Part shown: one piece after another, positions 48,126-56,469 of the stretch
Position numbering within the stretch: the first letter of the stretch is position 1
Layout: the number at the start of each line of letters is the position of its first letter
NCBI GenBank assembly: GCA_902528515.1
Contig: CABZTD010000007.1
Location: 4,670 to 68,669, forward strand
Origin: K189A clade bacterium
GTDB lineage: Bacteria; Pseudomonadota; Gammaproteobacteria; Pseudomonadales; Azotimanducaceae
Direction of reading: 5' to 3'
Length of the DNA: 64,000 nt
Notes under the pieces: generated by a model
The model's input: the letters and a program-made list of their open reading frames with translations, nothing else
What the model was told of the DNA's origin: nothing
Database searches by the model: none
Translations under genes and position numbers: made by a program

Positions 48126-49051
48126 CTGAGCTGCTCCAGCAAATCCGCGGGAAAAGCTCCGGAAAAAGGCTCGATGCCGTGCTTTGCGCGCACATCCTCA
48201 ATTTTCAAATGCCAATCCTGCTCCCATTCAATGGCCATGAAATCAGGCATCTCACACCCATGCACCCAAGCTTCCGCCAGATTTTGTAACAAAAGAGGAA
48301 AGCCCATGGGTTGCTTGAGGTGGCTCATTGAACACACCGTGGTGAGAAACATTGCGGAATAGTTATGGCCAAACTGAGCCAACTGGAAGGCGGAAATTGC
48401 CATTTCATGAAGACTCGTTGTCTGATAACCGGCCACCAAATGCCAGGTATCGTGCATTTGTAAAATGCGCGTATTGAGATATCGCAATGCCGGACTGAGA
48501 CCCGCGAGGCCTATGGCGTCGCGGTCTAGCACTTCAGGATCGAATCCGTTGTCGACCCACATACTGAGCAGCTCCCTGGCCAAACTACCATCAGGAAACT
48601 CTGCCAGGCCTGATAGTGAAATCATGGGCGGAGCCGATTTGTGCTGCGCATTGTCGGATCCAGGGTGCGCAAGTGCTGCAGCCTCGCTGAGTCCGGCATA
48701 ACTGTCATCAAGCGAAGGACTTAGCGACGCCACCGCAATGGTAATCGAGGTCGCGTCATAACCCTCTTCCGGCCCGTTCAACGTTTCTTGAAATTGCTTC
48801 CAAAATCGGTCGGGCAGTGGAGCACTGTCCGCTTTAATCTGAGTCAGGTCACAATCGAGTCCAAGGTGACTTCGGCAGATCGAGTCAAACACCTGAGGAA
48901 TGGCTCCAGGCGCTGCAAAAGACGCCCAGAGCATGGCACCACAAAGATTTGCTTGAGCCTCAGCATCTCCTCGAGCGGCCGGTTTCACATACCTAGCAAG
49001 GGCTTGCGGATTCGGACGGACGCTTTTTTCGCGGAGCAGTTCTAGATTCAT
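48113..49051 (-). CDS. Coq4-like protein
   Basis: HDTWH-x11-E metal motif (MHDTWHLVAGYQTTSLHE), P.GSL preceding it, WEQDWHLKIEDVRAKHGI tail. Confidence 0.75.
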   Translation of the reverse strand: MNLELLREKSVRPNPQALARYVKPAARGDAEAQANLCGAMLWASFAAPGAIPQVFDSICRSHLGLDCDLTQIKADSAPLPDRFWKQFQETLNGPEEGYDATSITIAVASLSPSLDDSYAGLSEAAALAHPGSDNAQHKSAPPMISLSGLAEFPDGSLARELLSMWVDNGFDPEVLDRDAIGLAGLSPALRYLNTRILQMHDTWHLVAGYQTTSLHEMAISAFQLAQFGHNYSAMFLTTVCSMSHLKQPMGFPLLLQNLAEAWVHGCEMPDFMAIEWEQDWHLKIEDVRAKHGIEPFSGAFPADLLEQLSQAS

Positions 49052-49181
49052 CGACACAGCCGAAAGCCTTTTAATTTTTATTGACGCGAAAGTATGCCGC
49101 ACCAGGCGCTTCAACCGCTACCGCGTTCTCACTCGGTAAAGTCTCTGGCAGCAAGGCGGCAGGACACATAGTATAGGCAGT

Positions 49182-49274
49182 GGAAGAGTATCGCTCCCGG
49201 TGGGGTGCGCGGCCTTCAAAGCCGTTGAGGCGCGATTACGTGCCTGGTGGGTTCGACTCCTACCTCTTCCGCCA
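49182..49274 (+). tRNA. selC: tRNA-Sec (TCA)
   Basis: GGAAGAG...CTCTTCC-G-CCA, 6-bp D stem with CGGT loop, anticodon loop CTTCAAA, long variable arm; near selA/selB. Confidence 0.96.
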
Positions 49275-49386
49275 TACTATACTTTACCAAGCGTCACTAA
49301 GGCTTACTAAGAATCCATAACACTCTGTTTTTGGATACTTTTTAGTTCACAGAGTTATACCGAACTGTACTAATAAGCACTATAGT

Positions 49387-49409
49387 GTTGGGTACCAGTT
49401 TGGGTACTA
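49387..49409 (+). repeat. Putative integrase arm-type sites, left end
   Basis: GTTGGGTACCAGTTTGGGTACTA, a tandem TGGGTACYA pair, matched at 59628-59650. Confidence 0.65.
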
Positions 49410-49418
49410 CGGTTGTAA

Positions 49419-50663
49419 ATGGCCGGTGAAAGGTTACTCAGCGAGTCCTCCTGCAGAGCGTCAAAAGCCAAAGAATCGATTTACTACATAAACGATGGTG
49501 CAGGTTTGCGCCTGCGTATCAGACCCAACGGCAGCAAGAATTGGATTTTTCGCTATCGACTGAACGCCAAAGAAAGAAACGTTGGTCTCGGATCTTACCC
49601 AAAGACTACTTTGGCGATTGCTCGATCGAAAGCTGATGAATGCAGAGAAATGATAGAGGAAGGCAAGAATCCTTCTACCGAGCGGAAATTAAAAAGAGCA
49701 AGGCTCATCGAGAAAGAGGCACACACATTTGGTTCGATAGCTCATGAGTGGATAAGTCACAACAAAGAGTACTGGAGCAAGAAGCACTTAAAGCGCAATG
49801 AAGGACTACTAAAACTCTACTTACTCCCAAACCTTGGCAGATTGCCGATCCATGAAATTGAAGAGCATTTCCTGTTCACTGTTCTCAAGCCTGTTTACGA
49901 CTCTGGGAGAAAAGAGTCTGCCAGACGTAGCAGAAGTATCGCGGCAGCTATCTTTTCCTTCGCAAAAGACACGCACCGGTGTAATAGCAATCCCGCAAAA
50001 GATTTAGGTGAGAACTCATATTTCAAGAAGCCCAAAGTCATACATCTTGCGGCCCTATCCCAGAGCGAGGTTGCACCCCTCTTAGAAGAACTTGCAAAGA
50101 CCGGCAATCACCAACGGTTGAAGCCACAAAACGTCTGCGCGCTCCTCGTAGCTTTGTATACAGGGCTGAGGGACCATGCAATCAGAGGCGCTACTTGGGG
50201 AGAAATAGACTTGGAGGGAGGGATCTGGGTTGTGCCCGGGAGCAGGATGAAAAGCGGGCGGAAACATCTAATTCCTCTGCCCTCGCAAGCCATTAAGGCG
50301 CTAAACCGATTAAAACCCATGACTTTTCGCGGCGCTGAAAGCTTTGTTTTCACAGCAAACACTCAAGCAGGATACATTGCTGAGAATACGTTACGCCTAG
50401 CCCTCCATCGATTAGGTTTTAAAGTTACTGTTCATGGTTTTCGTTCGTTGATGACTGATGTGCTAAATGAAAATGGGTTCAACAGCGATGCGATCGAGCG
50501 GCAACTGGACCATCAACAGCAGAATCAAGTGCGGCGAGCCTACCTTAGATCTGATTTCTGGCTAGAGCGAAAAGAAATGCTCCAGTGGTACGCCGATTGG
50601 TGCTGCGGTGCGAAGTCGGCTGCCCGTTCCAACGGTTTAGAAACTGTGCAAGCAACGAGGTGA
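49419..50663 (+). CDS. P4-family tyrosine integrase
   Basis: Arm-binding N-terminus (DGAGLRLRIRPNGSKNWIFRY...GLGSYP) and intact catalytic R (TGLR), K (MKSG), HGFR, H (LDH), Y (RRAY). Confidence 0.95.
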   Translation: MAGERLLSESSCRASKAKESIYYINDGAGLRLRIRPNGSKNWIFRYRLNAKERNVGLGSYPKTTLAIARSKADECREMIEEGKNPSTERKLKRARLIEKEAHTFGSIAHEWISHNKEYWSKKHLKRNEGLLKLYLLPNLGRLPIHEIEEHFLFTVLKPVYDSGRKESARRSRSIAAAIFSFAKDTHRCNSNPAKDLGENSYFKKPKVIHLAALSQSEVAPLLEELAKTGNHQRLKPQNVCALLVALYTGLRDHAIRGATWGEIDLEGGIWVVPGSRMKSGRKHLIPLPSQAIKALNRLKPMTFRGAESFVFTANTQAGYIAENTLRLALHRLGFKVTVHGFRSLMTDVLNENGFNSDAIERQLDHQQQNQVRRAYLRSDFWLERKEMLQWYADWCCGAKSAARSNGLETVQATR

Positions 50664-50684
50664 CCCATTCCTAGAAAGACGACA

Positions 50685-51041
50685 GTGCAGCCCCCTCCTC
50701 TCGAGAGCATGATTATTGAAGGGACCACGATAGAGGTACGGGATCATACCTGCCAACGGGTCGGCCGAGGTCTTCACAAGCGGTACGCATTTCAAAAATG
50801 GCGGGATGATGTAGCTCTCTGGGTTATCCCGCAGTATCTCGATAAAAACGGGCCCAAACGGCTGGACCCACAGGAGGACTTTTTGGCTTCCGCAAACAAG
50901 TTCAGCAACAAGCTCTCTCAATGTCGACCCGATCTGTACCCTAAAAGCGGAGACGACTCGTCGGTAAGAAAGCGTCTTTACCCCTATCTAATAGATGAAA
51001 TCTTGGTGCTATCTCGCGCAATCGAGGCAGTAAAAAAATAG
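50685..51041 (+). CDS. Hypothetical protein between int and alpA
   Basis: 118-aa ORF co-oriented with the element core; no recognisable motif. Confidence 0.55.
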   Translation: MQPPPLESMIIEGTTIEVRDHTCQRVGRGLHKRYAFQKWRDDVALWVIPQYLDKNGPKRLDPQEDFLASANKFSNKLSQCRPDLYPKSGDDSSVRKRLYPYLIDEILVLSRAIEAVKK

Positions 51042-51111
51042 GTACGTCTTAAGCCCAACGTTAATTGGTCCATCTCTATTACTTTACTGAGCTTCACAGG
51101 GAGTAATAAAT

Positions 51112-51318
51112 ATGAAAATCCTGAGAATTACGGAAGTCGCGAAGAAAACTGCGCTGTCGCCTTCCACTATCTATAAGCAGATTAGATTAGGAAACTTCCC
51201 AAAAGGGACGAAAATCACCGCTAGAGCGACAGGCTGGTCCAGTGAGGTGGTGGAGGATTGGATAGCCACAAAACTGGCCGAGAACGAACCCAAATTGCGG
51301 CCACTAAAAGATGACTGA
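51112..51318 (+). CDS. alpA: AlpA family regulator/excisionase
   Basis: ILRITEVAKKTALSPSTIYKQIRLGNFPKG...GW...VEDWI. Confidence 0.93.
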   Translation: MKILRITEVAKKTALSPSTIYKQIRLGNFPKGTKITARATGWSSEVVEDWIATKLAENEPKLRPLKDD

Positions 51319-52021
51319 ACCCTCTGTCAGCAATGTGAAACATTCTGCGGGGTTAAACACTGGTGCGCAGATGGAGCAGATTCATAGCGCCTCGGAACTA
51401 TTCCCGCTTGACGGTATTCAACTGCTTGAGCTTCGGGCGATCGATCCTTTTGCTTCCATGCCTACTCGAGTCGTGCACTTCAAAGCTAACAGCTACGACT
51501 CACTGAACAGCCTCAAAGGCGCTTTTGAGCGTCGGGCCTTGGAGATGAATCAGGCCGGTTACAATATTTACACAACCCTAAATCCAATCAGGCCGGACTT
51601 GAGCGGTGCGGCTGCAAAAGATGCAGACGTACTACACAGGAGACTGCTCCTAATCGACATCGACAGGGTGGGCAACACGAAGCAGCCAGCGACAGATGCT
51701 GAGCTCAACAAAGCCCAGACGGCCGCAGAGGCTATTTCTGTCTTCCTAGATGAAGACGGATGGCCGTCCCCAAAAAAAATGATGTCAGGCAATGGTTTTC
51801 ATCTCTACTACCTTCTGGATGATCTGCCCAACACTGATGAGGTAACGGCTCTCGTCAAAGGTGTACTGAACCAACTGGCAAAAAAGTTCGATAACGACGA
51901 ATTCGCCATCGATAAAAGTGTCTTCAATGCCAGCCGGATCACAAAGGTGCCTGGGACAGTCGCGCGCAAGGCTACCGCCACTGAGGAACGGCCTTATCGG
52001 ATAGCAAGGTTGCTGCCATGA
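51311..52021 (+). CDS. AEP-superfamily primase catalytic domain (RepB/Prim-Pol-like)
   Basis: LLIDID (DxD), SGNGFHLYY and D..VFNASRITKVPGT motifs. Confidence 0.8.
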   Translation: MTEPSVSNVKHSAGLNTGAQMEQIHSASELFPLDGIQLLELRAIDPFASMPTRVVHFKANSYDSLNSLKGAFERRALEMNQAGYNIYTTLNPIRPDLSGAAAKDADVLHRRLLLIDIDRVGNTKQPATDAELNKAQTAAEAISVFLDEDGWPSPKKMMSGNGFHLYYLLDDLPNTDEVTALVKGVLNQLAKKFDNDEFAIDKSVFNASRITKVPGTVARKATATEERPYRIARLLP

Positions 52022-53472
52022 AAGTGACTGAGGCCATGCTGGCCCAGATTGCAGGTATGAATGCGGCTGATGAGATCAATCTTGAAACGATGCCTCGAGA
52101 GCATGCTGCGCATAAAGCGTCAGATCCAGTTACAGCTGAGCAACTTCAATCAACCTTAGCTTCGATATCGTCCGACGTTCCAAGGGGAAATGGGTCGATA
52201 GACTTAGTCGGCACAACCGACTACTGGCTTGGGGTCGTTTGGGCTATCGCGGGTCTTGGTTTAGCTGAAGGTAAGACAATCGCGCGTGACTGGTCTGCAA
52301 CGAGCTCCCGATACAGCGAGGAAGACTTCGAGACAGCTTGGGACTCCTTCGACTCTAGTCACCCGAACCCCATTGGTATTGGCTCAGTGCTCAAACTTGC
52401 CAAAACATTAGAGGCACAAACGACGGAGCCCACTTTTCTAGAGAAGCTAAAGCGTTGGTCCTCTAGCGGTGATTCCGAAGCCATGGTCAAGCAGATGCTC
52501 GAAGACAAATTTGTCTTGCGTGATCTAGCCATCCTAGGTCAATGGACGACTTTTTATGCGAGCCATGGGGTTGGCAAGACGCTGTTAACGCTAAAACTGC
52601 TACAGGACAGCGTGGAGTCCGGCGAACTTGATGGCAGCACCGTTTTCTATGTTAACGCCGACGATAACTATCGCGGCTCAGTTGAGAAGCTTGAGATCGT
52701 CGAGCAACTTGGGATTGAAATGCTGGTGCCTTACAGAAACGATTTTAACCCAAGCCATCTTGTTGCTGAGATGTGGCACGCCGCTCAGGCTGATCAGGCG
52801 CGAAACATCATAATCGTGCTCGATACCTTGAAAAAGTTCACGAACCTTATGGACAAGACGGACGGCACAAAGTTCGGAAAAGTAGCCAGACAGTTTACTC
52901 AAGCGGGCGGGACGCTGATCGGGCTAGCGCACACTAATAAACATCGTGATGACGAAGGCAAAAGCGTCTATAGCGGTACTACTGACATCGCCGATGATTG
53001 CGACTGTGTCTACATAATTGATGTGATTGATGAGGATAAGGCATCAGGCAAAGGGACGATTAACTTTCGTACCCCAAAGCATAGAGGCGATGTGGCCCAA
53101 GAAAAATCCTTTGCTTACGTAAGGCGGGAAGGACAGAGTTACGCAGACCTGCTCAACAGCGTATTGGTAGTTGATGAGGAGACAGCCAAGCAAGAAAAAG
53201 AGCTAGCTGCAAAGAAGAATAAGTATTACGCCGATAAGCTGGTAATCGACACCATCATCGAAATTGTCTATAGCGAAACTTTGGAGCTAACCGAACTTAT
53301 TGCGCGTGTTCGCGAGGAGACTGATAAAAGCAAGGCTAAATGCCGAGAGGTCGTGGATCGCTACGAAGGCAAGGAGCTTGATGAGTTCGTCTTTTGGCGC
53401 ATTGAGACAGGCGCTCACAATAGAAAGACTCTGGAGTTAGTCACCTTCGGGGATGAAAAACTGAAAAACTGA
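52018..53472 (+). CDS. PriCT-2 domain plus P-loop (AAA/RecA-type) replicative helicase
   Basis: PriCT-2 pattern DYWLGVVWAI...DWSATSSRY...WDSF...IGIGSV; Walker A ASHGVGKT; Walker B IIVLDT; ATGA overlap with the primase gene. Confidence 0.8.
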   Translation: MKVTEAMLAQIAGMNAADEINLETMPREHAAHKASDPVTAEQLQSTLASISSDVPRGNGSIDLVGTTDYWLGVVWAIAGLGLAEGKTIARDWSATSSRYSEEDFETAWDSFDSSHPNPIGIGSVLKLAKTLEAQTTEPTFLEKLKRWSSSGDSEAMVKQMLEDKFVLRDLAILGQWTTFYASHGVGKTLLTLKLLQDSVESGELDGSTVFYVNADDNYRGSVEKLEIVEQLGIEMLVPYRNDFNPSHLVAEMWHAAQADQARNIIIVLDTLKKFTNLMDKTDGTKFGKVARQFTQAGGTLIGLAHTNKHRDDEGKSVYSGTTDIADDCDCVYIIDVIDEDKASGKGTINFRTPKHRGDVAQEKSFAYVRREGQSYADLLNSVLVVDEETAKQEKELAAKKNKYYADKLVIDTIIEIVYSETLELTELIARVREETDKSKAKCREVVDRYEGKELDEFVFWRIETGAHNRKTLELVTFGDEKLKN

Positions 53473-53493
53473 AAAACTGGATAACGTTATCCA
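53454..53493 (+). repeat. Iteron-like tandem repeats plus palindrome, putative element origin
   Basis: (TGAAAAAC)x3 then the perfect 16-bp palindrome TGGATAACGTTATCCA at the helicase stop codon. Confidence 0.6.
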
Positions 53494-53518
53494 ATCAATC
53501 TGCATTTATCAGAGACAC

Positions 53519-53541
53519 AAAAAAAGGGGCCGAGGCCCCTT
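53519..53541 (-). terminator. Intrinsic terminator after the cargo MFS gene
   Basis: AAGGGGCC-GA-GGCCCCTT hairpin with a U-run on the minus strand, directly after the stop. Confidence 0.75.
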
Positions 53542-53542
53542 C

Positions 53543-55042
53543 TCATTTTTTGGAAAAACCCAAAGCAGTAAGGTTCTTGTTATGGCTCTCCCTTGTAATC
53601 CGATAATTACTCAAGGAGATTATTGCGCAAGAAATACAAACAACTGTTGAGAGGACCGATGCAGTCGCCAGATTTATCGCTGCAGCCTCTTTCTCAAACG
53701 CTGTCTCGGCTATATCGAAGCCCGCCCAGGTCAGTATCACACCACCAAGTAAGATCCCGACATTAGCCGTAAGCTTACCAAGGAGATTGTCTGCAGCCAT
53801 CACAAGACCCTCCGATTGATTTCCTGCCGAGACTTGATGATCCTCGTTTATGTCCGCAAACATCGAGGTTACACATATGAAAAAAATTCCCCAAGAAATG
53901 GCTTGGACAAAGCCGTGCAAGGAGTAGATCCACCACAATCCGCTGAGCGCTCCTTGACCAGAAGGAGGTAAAATTTTCAGCTCGGTGTGTGCCTCTATGA
54001 TAAACAGCGTTAGGGGAATCGGCGCCGTAATGAGTGCAAAAATACACGTCAAAATAGCTAATCTTTTCTTAGCAAACCTCGAAAGAAGAGGCGTTGCCAG
54101 GAAAGCCCCTATTGCGGCACCGGTTAGGATAATAAAACCAGCAAGGAACTTATCCTTTGGGTCCCATTGCCAAAGATAACTGTCGAAATAAATCCCTGTA
54201 CCAGAGTCTATACCGGCGTTGAATGAGAAGAGAACCGACGCCAAAAGTAAGGATTGCCAGGAAGGATTTTTGATCAGTTTCTTTGCTTCTAATAAGAGGC
54301 TGCTCACAGAAAAGCTTTTCTGTTCCGTTGGGCCCAGTTCAAACTCGGTTTCGACTTTTCTAAGTTGCCACGACGAAATCCCGCAGAAAAGGAACATTAA
54401 AGCTGCAATCCATAGACTTGCATCAACGTAGCCGTTCGCATCATTCCAATCGCTCAAGAAAAAGAGGAGAACTCCTCCAGCGCCCCATCCTTCTCCCGCT
54501 ACTGCCATAAGTCGGCTTCTGCTAAATATAAAATTTCTTTCGTCGTATTCTCGAAAGAGCTCTAACGCTAGAGCCTGTCGCGGAACTGCATAGAGAGTTT
54601 GAAATAGTCGAAAAAGAGTAACAAGCGCGGTCATCTGCAGGAAAAGGGCTAATTGAGAGGTCACGAGGCGTAGAGAAAAAAGTAGGATGATAAGTAAACA
54701 ACATGGCAGAACAGCCAATAGCATGAATGGTATACGCCGACCCAATCGATGAGAAAACCGATCAGAAAAATATGCGACGGCTGGATCACTAAGCGCGTCG
54801 AACGCAACAGATACCGCAATAGCGGCGCTTGCCAAAATCGCAGATAACCCGAGGACTTGGTTGTAGTAGTAAAGGAGCAACATGCCTAGGAAGAGGTTAC
54901 AGGCGCTCATTCCGACGCTACCGCTGCACCAAGCAACAGTCTTTTTACTTATACCAGGCGCCGCTAGAAAAAAAGCTGTCACTGAACCTGCAGGCGTATC
55001 CAATGACCCTGCAGGCTTACTCTCTTTGGACTTCGACATCAT
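53543..55042 (-). CDS. MFS transporter, GPH/MelB-like family (cargo)
   Basis: DALSDPAVAYFSDRFSHRLGRR, EYDER, SMFADINED...QSEG and about 12 TM helices. Confidence 0.88.
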   Translation of the reverse strand: MMSKSKESKPAGSLDTPAGSVTAFFLAAPGISKKTVAWCSGSVGMSACNLFLGMLLLYYYNQVLGLSAILASAAIAVSVAFDALSDPAVAYFSDRFSHRLGRRIPFMLLAVLPCCLLIILLFSLRLVTSQLALFLQMTALVTLFRLFQTLYAVPRQALALELFREYDERNFIFSRSRLMAVAGEGWGAGGVLLFFLSDWNDANGYVDASLWIAALMFLFCGISSWQLRKVETEFELGPTEQKSFSVSSLLLEAKKLIKNPSWQSLLLASVLFSFNAGIDSGTGIYFDSYLWQWDPKDKFLAGFIILTGAAIGAFLATPLLSRFAKKRLAILTCIFALITAPIPLTLFIIEAHTELKILPPSGQGALSGLWWIYSLHGFVQAISWGIFFICVTSMFADINEDHQVSAGNQSEGLVMAADNLLGKLTANVGILLGGVILTWAGFDIAETAFEKEAAAINLATASVLSTVVCISCAIISLSNYRITRESHNKNLTALGFSKK

Positions 55043-55244
55043 CACCGCAATTTTTGTTATTATTTTTGCGACGTCTCTCTGGATATCGCCTTTTGTTGAG
55101 TGCGCGCCAAAATTCTCCGAACGTTCATTACTTGCGCAATTGAAAGTTCGCAAACCACAACTAGGTCTGACCTTTCGAGATTCTGAGATAGCTACAGAGA
55201 ACCCGGTAAGAAAGGTTGGAAAGACTAAAAGCACCGCGCACTGA

Positions 55245-55325
55245 TCACTTGCCCACCAGCAACCCAGACACCCTCGCTTCCTGCATCATCCGCTTTATTT
55301 CACGGCGGTGGTACTGCTTTTTGGG
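55245..55325 (-). pseudogene. 3' relic of an HGGxSTG-family gene
   Basis: Translates as PKKQYHRREIKRMMQEARVSGLLVGK*, aligning with AKERYYMSEIKRVIREAIGVGLL of 59040-59336. Confidence 0.65.
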
Positions 55326-55413
55326 TTAAGTACCTTGCACCGTAAAACGCTCAACTCTTTGAAAAGAGCCTTCACCAGATGGCGCGCTAAAATCGCGAGA
55401 ATAAGTTAGGCAA

Positions 55414-55875
55414 CTAGTAGCTGCCTTTCAAACGTTTTTCTTCACGAATCTTAGGCTCATATCCAGGAAAGGTTTCGAAGTGCCCGGCCGCTCTTATATC
55501 TCCAACAAAATGCGCCTTTGATTTAGTAAAGACCTCTCCGGCGATGTCGTAGAAAAACGTCGGGGGATCTAAGGTGCCCCCGTCAATGCCAATAAGATCG
55601 CCCCAAACTTCTAGCTGGTAAAAAACGGTTGTTCCACATTTCGAGCAGAAGTTCACATCCCATTTCTTGCCGCTCTCACTAGTAAATTCGTAGCGGCTAA
55701 GCTGACCTGAACGTAAGCTGAAATTTTCTGGCTCAAAATACGCCAAGACGGCAAAAGCACTGCCGGTGCGAAGTTGGCAATAGCGACAATGACAGACTCC
55801 TCTCGGCTCAGGGTATCCGCTGACAACATAGCGAGCCTCCCCACAAAGGCAGCCTCCTTCGTGCAATGACTCCAT
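55414..55875 (-). CDS. GFA/CENP-V family zinc protein (cargo)
   Basis: GGCLCG, CHCRYCQ and FCSKCGT. Confidence 0.93.
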   Translation of the reverse strand: MESLHEGGCLCGEARYVVSGYPEPRGVCHCRYCQLRTGSAFAVLAYFEPENFSLRSGQLSRYEFTSESGKKWDVNFCSKCGTTVFYQLEVWGDLIGIDGGTLDPPTFFYDIAGEVFTKSKAHFVGDIRAAGHFETFPGYEPKIREEKRLKGSY

Positions 55876-55921
55876 AACAAGGCTCTCCGAATTTAGTGTG
55901 GATGAAGCTCTCTCAGTCTTT

Positions 55922-55972
55922 TCAATATTTCAAGAGCGCAGCCTCCCTCGCTTCCTCCATCACGCGCCTGAT
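55922..55972 (-). pseudogene. Second 3' relic of an HGGxSTG-family gene
   Basis: Translates as IRRVMEEAREAALLKY*, preceded by TAG where E (GAG) is expected; matches IKRVIREAIGVGLL and IKRMMQEARVSGLL. Confidence 0.55.
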
Positions 55973-55978
55973 CTAACC

Positions 55979-56435
55979 CAGTTATCACAGTTTTCACAGT
56001 TTTCACAGTTTTTGGGTTTCACAGACCGGGTAACACCTGCAACACCTACAACAGTTCTCTTGTGATAGGAGTTAAACGCGCGCGCGCCTATACGTCGATA
56101 CAGCTGTTGTAGATGTTGCGGAGTGGGCCTGCGGACGTCCCAGGGCCTGTGCTCAGACCACCATGCAGCCGACACCTGCAACACCTCTCCCGTTATCGGC
56201 GCTATACGCGCGCTTGCCTTTACGTCGATAAGGGAAGTGCTGTTGCAGGAGGGATCAAAAAAGGGCCCACGCAACCGCAAAACATTGAGGCTAATCCCTC
56301 TGGCAAGGCTGAAAAACTAAAAACTGGAAAACTGGATGACACCGCCAACCCGGGTTTTATGACAGAGGCTTACTGAGTTCGGGGAGTGATTGGAGGGACA
56401 GACAAGATTCCCCAAAGGGGTTGTCTTGTCTGTCC
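55979..56435. repeat. Cluster of origin-like iteron and hairpin modules
   Basis: 9-bp tandem CAGTTWTCA x3-4 (55979-56014); two diverged inverted-repeat modules (56033-56119, 56172-56249); AAAACTG repeats (56310-56340); 12-bp-stem hairpin (56396-56435). Confidence 0.7.
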
Positions 56436-56469
56436 TAGTGACTTGGGTCGTTCGGCTCGTGCGTTCGAC

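Noticed and set aside
55979-56340. Short repeats considered as a CRISPR array
   Set aside because: Units are 8-9 bp tandem or inverted, with no 25-40 bp repeat-spacer periodicity and no cas genes.
55960-56376. ORFs 55960-56280, 56113-56376 and 56123-56320 as real genes
   Set aside because: They run through repeats (NCENCENC) and lack RBS or motifs; only the last ~20 codons of 56123-56320 look like a helicase relic.
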